Positions 36,183-42,956 of a stretch of 45,696 nucleotides of DNA are shown here, piece by piece. The stretch's first letter is position 1. Every line of letters starts with the position of its first letter. Under the pieces are notes generated by a model, which saw only the letters and a list, made by a program, of their open reading frames with translations, was not told the origin of the DNA and ran no database searches. Origin of the DNA: Klebsiella phage KP591P1. The position numbers and the translations under genes were made by a program. The stretch lies in sequence record NC_071147.1; one strand, 5' to 3'.

Positions 36183-36439
36183 CTTTGCCGCCTAAATGAA
36201 ATATTACCACCACCTATTGCAACATAACGGAATTTTCCGCAACCTTTTTTAACCCTGCACTTTCTGTATCTGTAGCGTCGAATTTCATGGTATGCCTTTT
36301 CTGTTAAAAGGAATGTAAATCCTTTATCAATGGCGCCAGCAACCTCAATAACAGCTTTAGACATTTGATCAATAATGTCTTTAGTGCTCATCGAAGACCA
36401 ATCCACGCTATGACCACTATTTATTAACCCTTTCATCAC
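36179..36439 (-). CDS. hypothetical protein with basic Cys-containing C-terminus (86 aa)
   Basis: ATGA overlap with ParB-like gene. Confidence 0.4.
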   Translation of the reverse strand: MMKGLINSGHSVDWSSMSTKDIIDQMSKAVIEVAGAIDKGFTFLLTEKAYHEIRRYRYRKCRVKKGCGKFRYVAIGGGNISFRRQR

Positions 36440-37251
36440 AACTTCTCCAGAATCGCCAGCACTTCATTCAACTCCGCAGAAGGAAGGCGCAAAAATTCTT
36501 CTGTTTCCTGTGCCACGTGCCCCTCAGCAACAACCATGTGATCTGCTTCTTTCAGCAACTGAATCAGGCGGTCAATCGGCTTAACTTTTTTGGCCTTGAG
36601 CGTTTTCGCCGTCACCTTATCCTTGCCCTGCGATTTCGCTTCCTCAACGGCAGCATCAATAACGTTAACGGCATCATCGCCATGCTCGCGCGCCACCGCA
36701 ACGGCGTTGGCATAGCTGATTTGGCCTGCATTGATGCGTTGCTTGATAGCATCAGGTACATCACCAAGTGACAGGTGCATCTGCACATCAGAAACCGAGC
36801 GGCCTACTTTTTTGGCGATTTCTTCATTCGTCCATCCGAACCCTTTGAGGCGCACATAAGCCTTTGCACGCTCAAGCGGGTCAAGCTGTTTGCCCTGACT
36901 GGATGACACCATGAAGGCGATTTTATCCGCTTCATCGCCGGTGAAGTCTTTGCACTCAATGCGCGCAATTGGCACGCCGCGCTCAATGGCACGCAGTGCG
37001 CCAAGATAACGATGCTGGCCGTCAAGAATCTTGATGCGCTTTCCGTCGGCATCAGGAATAACAGTTAACGCTGGGATTGGCTGTCCTGATTCCCAGCACT
37101 GCGCGAAGTATTCAACGTGCTGATCATCGGCTTCGCGGATGTTGTAGCCTGGCTCAAGGTAAAGCTGATCGACAGGAACCTGATAACCTTTGTTGACCAC
37201 GATTCCGCCGCGAGTTTCTTTGTCTGAGTAAATTTTTCCGAGAGATGTCAT
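36436..37251 (-). CDS. ParB/Srx-like nuclease-domain DNA-binding protein
   Basis: KILDGQHRYLGA (ParB box), HTH EEIAKKVGRSVSDVQMHL; RBS GAGGAAAAG before ATG 37251. Confidence 0.6.
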   Translation of the reverse strand: MTSLGKIYSDKETRGGIVVNKGYQVPVDQLYLEPGYNIREADDQHVEYFAQCWESGQPIPALTVIPDADGKRIKILDGQHRYLGALRAIERGVPIARIECKDFTGDEADKIAFMVSSSQGKQLDPLERAKAYVRLKGFGWTNEEIAKKVGRSVSDVQMHLSLGDVPDAIKQRINAGQISYANAVAVAREHGDDAVNVIDAAVEEAKSQGKDKVTAKTLKAKKVKPIDRLIQLLKEADHMVVAEGHVAQETEEFLRLPSAELNEVLAILEKL

Positions 37252-37258
37252 CTTTTCC

Positions 37259-37375
37259 TCACTTTGATAAACAGATTGCGCTGGCAATGGCAAATCCGAT
37301 AACGATTAATGTCAGCTTGATTTTGAAATTGCGCCATGCCTTCAGGTCTTCTTTGCGGATTTCGTGGCGGATCAT
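37259..37375 (-). CDS. small membrane peptide (38 aa)
   Basis: RBS GGAGAA; ...KIKLTLIVIGFAIASAICL; ATGA overlap. Confidence 0.3.
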   Translation of the reverse strand: MIRHEIRKEDLKAWRNFKIKLTLIVIGFAIASAICLSK

Positions 37376-37692
37376 TTTGATTCTCCGAGTGCTTTGGTGA
37401 TGGCGGAATCTATCTTTTTTTTAAGGTCTGGTTTCTGTTGTGATAACCAATGCCCTATTTCATCGAGTGTTGTAGTCAACGCTTCCAGAAGTTCCGGAGC
37501 GGCAGCGATGAGACGTGCATTTGCGCGAGTTTCGTCGGCTTCACGATGATGAACACCGTCATAATCCGGGGACAAAACGTTTGCAACTTTGAATCGTCCG
37601 CCCAATCGTGTTCCGCGAATTCGAATATATGGTCTGTCAACTTCTTCCGGTTTAATTTCCCACGGACCCGGCGTACCTTTGAACTTATTCAT
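37372..37692 (-). CDS. phage protein with conserved PGPW ... ANARLIAAAPELLEAL motif (Ead/Ea22-like)
   Basis: RBS AGAGG 8 nt before ATG 37692; motif seen in many enterobacterial prophage proteins. Confidence 0.4.
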   Translation of the reverse strand: MNKFKGTPGPWEIKPEEVDRPYIRIRGTRLGGRFKVANVLSPDYDGVHHREADETRANARLIAAAPELLEALTTTLDEIGHWLSQQKPDLKKKIDSAITKALGESK

Positions 37693-37719
37693 CTTCATCA
37701 CCTCTAACATTTATTGTTG

Positions 37720-37777
37720 TTTCTACGTCATCACTATAACGACACCCTCAATCTACGTCAACACTTTATGATAAAAT
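37720..37777. promoter_or_regulatory. divergent control region: leftward TTGACG-17-TATAGT promoter (motif TTGACGTAGATTGAG), extra motif copy TTCTACGTCA, rightward extended -10 TATGATAAAAT
   Basis: rc 37756-37761 TTGACG, rc 37733-37738 TATAGT, 17-bp spacer. Confidence 0.55.
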
Positions 37778-37922
37778 TAAACCAACAACACTCACCCCGC
37801 GCTGTTCCGTCCTGAAAAACGTAAGGCGGCGAAATTGGATATAGCAATCGGCGTTATCGTCATGGCGTTTTCGCTGGTTCAGGTGTACAGATGCTGGAAG
37901 TTCATCATTCGGAGAATAATTA

Positions 37923-38210
37923 ATGAGAGACGCGCTTCAGCACGCCGCAAACCAGATAATTAGTGGCACTGTCGGCCAGGTAATCGACAAAGCCGGTTAT
38001 ACATCCATCGGCACGGGTCTTGGCCTGAAGGTGGCAGAGCAGACGCCGGTCGCACAATCATACATTGCCTCAATGATCCCCCATTCGATTACTGAGTGGG
38101 CGGCGGTAGCCTCTATACTTGGCGCGCTGTCACTGGTGGCAAAAAACCTTTTTGAGATGTGGTGGAAGATTCGGGAGAGCAAAAAGAATGGCAGCACCGA
38201 CAGCAAGTGA
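37923..38210 (+). CDS. hypothetical membrane-associated protein (95 aa)
   Basis: RBS GGAGAA. Confidence 0.4.
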   Translation: MRDALQHAANQIISGTVGQVIDKAGYTSIGTGLGLKVAEQTPVAQSYIASMIPHSITEWAAVASILGALSLVAKNLFEMWWKIRESKKNGSTDSK

Positions 38211-38580
38211 ACTTGTCGCCGCCATGGCGTCAAGAGGCGTAACTATCACCACGGCAGACGCAACTGGCATTCTGTGTCTGGTAGCGAGCATCACAGAGTG
38301 CCTTGAGCTTAATTACCCTGAAGATACATGCAGGCAGGATGCAATTCTGCTATGGGCATCTATCCTGATCGCCTCAAATACAGCCGGAAGATACATCACC
38401 AGCCACCGGGCGCCATCTGGTGCGTCGCAGTCATTTGGCTATGGCAGCAAGCCGTGGATGGCCCTTTACAATCAGATGAAACTACTCGATACGGCAGACT
38501 GCACAGGCGACCTTGTGGAGGAGCCTGATGGGGCAGCAAAGCCGTGGTTTCGGGTTGTTACCGGGAGTAAGTGCAGATGA
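38188..38580 (+). CDS. hypothetical protein (130 aa; possible connector/neck component)
   Basis: RBS GGGAGAG before ATG 38188. Confidence 0.35.
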   Translation: MAAPTASELVAAMASRGVTITTADATGILCLVASITECLELNYPEDTCRQDAILLWASILIASNTAGRYITSHRAPSGASQSFGYGSKPWMALYNQMKLLDTADCTGDLVEEPDGAAKPWFRVVTGSKCR

Positions 38581-38698
38581 AAACGTCAACATTAACTGTA
38601 AATATCGCAATCCGTAAATGGTGCATGCCGTTGCTGGTTATTCTGGTATTGCTGCGCCTTCCTGTTCCGCGCTGGATTTATACTCTTGAGGCCGCACC

Positions 38699-39043
38699 AT
38701 GTCAGCAATAGCGAGATGGAGCTATACGCAGCCATGCACAATCTGGCGTCTTACTGGCAAGGATAAGTATGGCAAGCCAACATTCGCCGCGCCAGAGTCT
38801 ATCCTGTGCGATTATGGCTTCGATAAGAATCTGACCACCGGCACAGCTGGCAATGAGATTGCACAGAAAAACACATTCTGGACGGAATATCAGGATGCGT
38901 CTGTTGGCGACTTCATCATGCTTGGCACCATTACCAGTGCTGACCCACTGGCCGCCGGAGCTGACCAGATTAGAAACGTCGTAAATTACGGCAATACGTT
39001 AGACCGCAACGAACTGCCTGATTTTGCGCTGGTAACGGGGTAA
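38699..39043 (+). CDS. putative head-tail connector protein (114 aa)
   Basis: position between capsid and tail genes. Confidence 0.3.
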   Translation: MSAIARWSYTQPCTIWRLTGKDKYGKPTFAAPESILCDYGFDKNLTTGTAGNEIAQKNTFWTEYQDASVGDFIMLGTITSADPLAAGADQIRNVVNYGNTLDRNELPDFALVTG

Positions 39044-39046
39044 TGT

Positions 39047-39514
39047 ATGGCCGCCAAAATGCGAGGTATCCAGCAGGCGATTAAGCGCACTCAGCAGATA
39101 GTCGGCGAGATTACTGGTGAAAAGGCTGTGCGGGCCATAAAGAGCGCCAACTTTATTATCCGTACTGAAGCAGCCAGCATGACGCCTGTTGATACATCCA
39201 ATCTCATAAACAGTCAATATGATACTGTTGAGGTGAATGGCACCCGTATAACCGGGAAGATAGGGTATACAGCAAAATACGCCCTGTACGTACACAATGC
39301 GCCAGGCACGCTAAAGGGACAGCCTCGCGCCCACTTTGGCAAGACAAGTAACCGCTCTGAATTCGGGCCGCAGCAGGTCAGGGAGTTTGGTGGTGGCTCA
39401 TTACAGGGAAACTATTGGGACCCGAGCGGCGAGCCTAAATTCCTTCTCAAGGCTGGCGAAAATACACGCGAGCTTGTCGAACAGGTAATCAAAAAAGAGA
39501 TGACACTAAAATGA
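39047..39514 (+). CDS. putative head-tail joining / virion morphogenesis protein (HK97 gp10-like position)
   Basis: 155 aa, coupled to neighbours. Confidence 0.35.
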   Translation: MAAKMRGIQQAIKRTQQIVGEITGEKAVRAIKSANFIIRTEAASMTPVDTSNLINSQYDTVEVNGTRITGKIGYTAKYALYVHNAPGTLKGQPRAHFGKTSNRSEFGPQQVREFGGGSLQGNYWDPSGEPKFLLKAGENTRELVEQVIKKEMTLK

Positions 39515-39894
39515 GAGATATGCTTGAGCTTGTTGACCAGTACCTCAGCGATGCCGGTCTTTATGATGGGTGGACTTCTCAGCTTGAGTTCTGGAACGAT
39601 ACCGAAGTTGGCACCGACCGGTTTATGGTGCTGCAATCCAATGGCGGGACGAACGTAAGCAAAGACCTTGGCAATGATTATTATTTTTCGCTCTATGTTG
39701 TCGGCCAGCAGGGTCAGTACAATATCGAGGAAACAAAAGCAAAAGCGCTTGATGTCATCTCATACATCAAAGAGCATCCCGTTGATAGTTGCATTGGCAT
39801 GATTCAGTTACAGGCGCCGCTTGGCAGGCCAACACTCACTACAGAGCAACGGCCTGTTTATGAATTGTTGCTGAGGGTTGTTTTTGGTGAGTGA
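39511..39894 (+). CDS. putative tail completion / neck protein (127 aa)
   Basis: ATGA coupling; last gene before tRNA cluster. Confidence 0.3.
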   Translation: MRDMLELVDQYLSDAGLYDGWTSQLEFWNDTEVGTDRFMVLQSNGGTNVSKDLGNDYYFSLYVVGQQGQYNIEETKAKALDVISYIKEHPVDSCIGMIQLQAPLGRPTLTTEQRPVYELLLRVVFGE

Positions 39895-39971
39895 TGGTTC
39901 CCGCGACAGGATTCGAACCTGTAATCATCCGATTATGAGTCGGGTGCTTTAACCAGTTAAGCTAAACGGTA
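39895..39971 (-). tRNA. tRNA with anticodon CAU (Met or Ile2/lysidine type); imperfect acceptor stem, possibly pseudo
   Basis: D-arm GCTT-AACTGGTTA-AAGC, anticodon loop CTCATAA, T-arm ACAGG-TTCGAAT-CCTGT, CCA encoded; acceptor pairs only 5/7. Confidence 0.5.
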
Positions 39972-39974
39972 ATT

Positions 39975-40051
39975 TGGTGCACCATACTGGATTCGAACCA
40001 GTAACCGATTGCTTAGAAGGCAATTGCTCTATCCTGATGAGCTAGTGGTGC
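39975..40051 (-). tRNA. tRNA-Arg (anticodon UCU)
   Basis: acceptor GCACCAC/ATGGTGC, D-arm GCTC...GAGC, anticodon stem ATTGC/GCAAT loop CTTCTAA, T-arm ACTGG-TTCGAAT-CCAGT, CCA encoded. Confidence 0.85.
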
Positions 40052-40057
40052 TGAATG

Positions 40058-40145
40058 TGGCGGATAGTACAGGATTCGAACCTGTGAACCGTTTCCGGTT
40101 TATCGGTTAGCAACCGACTGCTTTCGGCCTCTCAGCCAACTATCC
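40058..40145 (-). tRNA. tRNA-Ser (anticodon GCU), class II with long variable arm
   Basis: acceptor GGATAGT/ACTATCC, D-arm GCT-GAGAGGCCGAA-AGC, anticodon loop TTGCTAA, variable arm AAACCGGAAACGGTTC, T-arm ACAGG-TTCGAAT-CCTGT, G-CCA. Confidence 0.85.
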
Positions 40146-40273
40146 GTGGTGTTGTGGTGGCCGGTGCTGATCTCCGGCTTGATGGTGAGCACCTCGTCTT
40201 AGGAGGCTATCTGTAACGTTGCCATCGCGTATCCTCTTTGCGCATCAGCCTGCGCATTCACCACAACGGAAAG

Positions 40274-40350
40274 AGCACTACAAGGGACTCGAACCCTCAC
40301 CAGGTCACCAACCCGGCTTCCCGACTGGTTAGGTCATAAGATGAGAATGC
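40274..40350 (-). ncRNA. degenerate tRNA-like element (canonical T-arm and acceptor pairing, D/anticodon arms do not fold canonically)
   Basis: T-arm GAGGG-TTCGAGT-CCCTT, acceptor GCATTCT/GTAGTGC pairs 6/7; possible CCGGG-TTGGTGA-CCTGG (GGU) stem-loop misplaced. Confidence 0.3.
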
Positions 40351-40558
40351 CTCTCTCAACACATGCAATGCTCTTACCTGTTGTGTGCCCATTATTAATC
40401 ACACCGGGCCAGTGCGCCGAATTCATTGACAAGGAGTCGGAAGACCTTGCTGGTGTTTAGCCGTTAGGCTACTGCCAGATACATTTCTTCGTTTGCATTT
40501 ATCTTTGTGGTCAGTTTCTAAAAACCCGCAAATTCGCCACGAAAACCATCTGCCATTT

Positions 40559-40598
40559 AATCTACACCACCAATCAAAACCTGTCAACATGATATAAT
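40559..40598. promoter_or_regulatory. divergent promoters: leftward TTGACA-17-TAGATT (drives tRNA cluster) sharing CTGTCAA with rightward extended -10 TGaTATAAT (drives major tail gene)
   Basis: motif variant AATCTACACCA 40559-40569; CTGTCAA 40581-40587; TATAAT 40593-40598. Confidence 0.5.
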
Positions 40599-40632
40599 GC
40601 GATTGTTTAGCTAAACACAGAGGATTCTAAAC

Positions 40633-41388
40633 ATGGCTATTTGTGCAAATGATAACGGCATCATCACAGGTCGCCAGTCGCTCATCGAGCTGGCTGATGG
40701 CTGCTGGGATGCTGTGCCAGCAGAGGAAGACTGGAAGTTTTTTGCTCCCATGACCTCAAAAGGCGTCGACTTCAGCCCAAGCACTACCACTTCTGAGGCT
40801 GATGATGGCGATGGCTTTGTCGCAACGCTGGTCACTACCGCAGACCTCACCATTTCTGGTGATTTCGAAGTTCGCAAGGCCGACAAGGCTGATGAGTATG
40901 GCGTGCATAACCTCATCAAATACTTTGTCACCGAAGTAAAAGCGCGTCGCCAGCCGTCACTGTGGGTTCGCCAGACCACCGGAAATACCGTTGTCGTGGC
41001 CTACTGCAACATCACCGCGCTGAGCTATGATGGCGGCACCAACGACATCATCACCGGCTCGGTTGAATTTAAGCCGTATGATGGCTCTACCGTTGACGTG
41101 TCCAGCATCGAAGATTTGACGCTGACCACTGATATCAGTGCAACCAAAAGCGTTGCCACTGGCGCTACTCTGACGCTAGGTCCGGTAGTTGCGGCTGGCG
41201 GTGTAGAGCCTTATACCTATCAGTGGTATAAAGGCACCACGCCGATCAGCGGTGCTACTACCGACACGTTCACCAAGGCCACTGCCGCCGCAGGTGATGC
41301 TGGTACGTACTTCTGCCGCGTGACTGACTCGGCAACAAGTCCTGATTACGTTGACTCCACCAAGTGTGTTGTTACCGTTACGGCATAA
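40633..41388 (+). CDS. major tail protein with C-terminal Ig-like (Big_2-type) domain
   Basis: YTYQWYKGTTPISGATTDTF...AGDAGTYFCRVTDS Ig-like signature; followed by strong terminator. Confidence 0.7.
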   Translation: MAICANDNGIITGRQSLIELADGCWDAVPAEEDWKFFAPMTSKGVDFSPSTTTSEADDGDGFVATLVTTADLTISGDFEVRKADKADEYGVHNLIKYFVTEVKARRQPSLWVRQTTGNTVVVAYCNITALSYDGGTNDIITGSVEFKPYDGSTVDVSSIEDLTLTTDISATKSVATGATLTLGPVVAAGGVEPYTYQWYKGTTPISGATTDTFTKATAAAGDAGTYFCRVTDSATSPDYVDSTKCVVTVTA

Positions 41389-41390
41389 AG

Positions 41391-41418
41391 AAAACCCCCG
41401 AAAGGGGGTTTATTTTTT
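41391..41418. terminator. bidirectional rho-independent terminator
   Basis: AAAGAAAA CCCCC GAAA GGGGG TTTATTTTTT. Confidence 0.75.
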
Positions 41419-41451
41419 AGCAATGAAGGTGCGCAGACTATTGAGATGGCA

Positions 41452-41730
41452 TCAATGGTCATCATCCTCCTCGCTAATTGCAGCATCCAGTTGTCGGCGC
41501 AACATGCACAGCGCGCCATGAGGCATAATCTGATTAACCATGCCATCGAATATCTGGCGGTTTAATTTATTATCAATGCGCGGCCTGATTGCTGACCAGC
41601 ATGACCTGATTGCACGATTTACCGGGCGGTGTTCCAGTATTGCGAGCCGCGCAGCTAACTCGATGGTAACGATCGCATCGAGATACTGCTCGCAGGAGTA
41701 GCGGCTTTCGTCGCCTTTGCTATCTGACAT
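41452..41730 (-). CDS. hypothetical protein (92 aa)
   Basis: RBS GGAGGA; coupled to upstream 42-aa ORF. Confidence 0.4.
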   Translation of the reverse strand: MSDSKGDESRYSCEQYLDAIVTIELAARLAILEHRPVNRAIRSCWSAIRPRIDNKLNRQIFDGMVNQIMPHGALCMLRRQLDAAISEEDDDH

Positions 41731-41732
41731 CT

Positions 41733-41859
41733 AATCCTCCACCACTATGCCAATCTTAGCCAGCAACAAAATCGCCTTTACGCGGGCCTCTTCATAGGTG
41801 TAACCCTGATCGATGTAAAGGTCGATGTAAAATCTCAAATCAGCATCAGTCTCGTTCAT
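41733..41859 (-). CDS. hypothetical small protein (42 aa)
   Basis: ATGA overlap; not in ORF track. Confidence 0.3.
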
Positions 41860-42155
41860 TTTTTATCACCCACATTAATCAAAGACCAAACCAGACAACC
41901 AACAAACCCCAACAGAGTCCATCCAAAGAAAAGGTTAAGCACCGCTATTGCCATGGTGTTTCTATGTCGCCTTGATGCGGCGACACATGTTGGAATCATG
42001 TAAATAAAGCACGCAGCAACCACCGATAGTGATACGATAATCATATCAGTAGCATATGAGTAACTAAACGAAAATACCGGCTTTACAAAGCCCATCATAA
42101 CCATTGCCTGCGCAATAATCCCAGCCACCAGAACCAAAACAATAAACTTTTTCAT
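41856..42155 (-). CDS. integral membrane protein (99 aa, 3 predicted TM segments)
   Basis: IVLVLVAGIIAQAMVMMGF, IIVSLSVVAACFIYM, AVLNLFFGWTLLGFVGCLVW; RBS GGAGGG. Confidence 0.45.
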   Translation of the reverse strand: MKKFIVLVLVAGIIAQAMVMMGFVKPVFSFSYSYATDMIIVSLSVVAACFIYMIPTCVAASRRHRNTMAIAVLNLFFGWTLLGFVGCLVWSLINVGDKK

Positions 42156-42183
42156 GTGAACACCCTCCGTTTCGATAACTCAA

Positions 42184-42222
42184 TCTACGTCAGTTTTGCG
42201 CCCCCTGTCAATGGTATAATTA
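42184..42222. promoter_or_regulatory. divergent promoters: leftward TTGACA-18-TAGATT (motif AATCTACGTCA supplies -10) and rightward extended -10 TGgTATAAT
   Basis: same CTGTCAA-N-TATAAT layout as 40581-40598. Confidence 0.5.
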
Positions 42223-42248
42223 CGTCATTATGAAAACAGGATTTAGAC

Positions 42249-42956
42249 ATGAGACAACGCACACCGCTAACAGAAATCGGAGAGATGCGCATCTCCCTGG
42301 CTGACAAGTCTTTTTTCTTCAAACCATCATTTGCGGCGATGAATGAGCTTGGCTCACCGAAAGAGATTGTCGAGCTGTACGCTACGCTTAATGGCTATGA
42401 ATACGCGGCCATACTCGGCGCCATTCAGTCGATGCCGTATGGTGCGCAGATTCAGGTGGCAAAAATCCTGTCACGCCCTGCCTATGGCAAGAAAGTGCTC
42501 AGCGCCGCCTGTCTCATCATGCAGTCATGTTGCGATGATGATATCTCGGTGCTCATTGGGTCATGGAAGCCAACTCCGCGCGGTGTGAAGTACGTCACCG
42601 GAAGAATGCCAGTAAATGACATTATTATTATTGCTCGCAACCTGATGGAGCATGGCATCATCGGCAAGTCTCCGCTCAAGGTTCCTCAGCGCTCGGAAAA
42701 CCAAAAGCGCACAACCAGCGAATTGAGAATGTCGGATTACATCATCTCAGCTCGCACTCATTTCGGAATCACCCGCGAGGAAGCCGAAGACCTGACCATG
42801 ACCGAGTATCAGCAGATGATAAAATCAAAATACCCGGAACCGGAAGGCATGACGCGCGAGCAGTATGATGCGTCCTATGAGCGGGCCAAGTTGAATAAAC
42901 AGAAACTGAAAGAGAAAGCCGCCAGAAAGGCCGCTAAAAACAAAGGAGCAAAATAA
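42249..42956 (+). CDS. tail assembly chaperone (gpG/GT position; no obvious frameshift site)
   Basis: between major tail and tape measure genes; RBS AACAGGA. Confidence 0.45.
   Translation: MRQRTPLTEIGEMRISLADKSFFFKPSFAAMNELGSPKEIVELYATLNGYEYAAILGAIQSMPYGAQIQVAKILSRPAYGKKVLSAACLIMQSCCDDDISVLIGSWKPTPRGVKYVTGRMPVNDIIIIARNLMEHGIIGKSPLKVPQRSENQKRTTSELRMSDYIISARTHFGITREEAEDLTMTEYQQMIKSKYPEPEGMTREQYDASYERAKLNKQKLKEKAARKAAKNKGAK

Noticed and set aside
39895-40350. tRNA 3' fragments as a phage attP site for tRNA-targeted integration
   Set aside because: No integrase, excisionase or repressor gene anywhere in the genome; three elements fold as full tRNAs; genome looks virulent.
8968-42222. Repeated ~11-bp motif copies as a CRISPR-like or iteron array
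   Set aside because: Copies are dispersed one or two per intergenic region with variable spacing and align with -35/-10 promoter geometry; no regular repeat-spacer structure.
42343-42588. 81-aa alternative-frame ORF inside tail chaperone as a possible frameshift product
   Set aside because: It is internal rather than a C-terminal extension, and no slippery heptamer precedes it.
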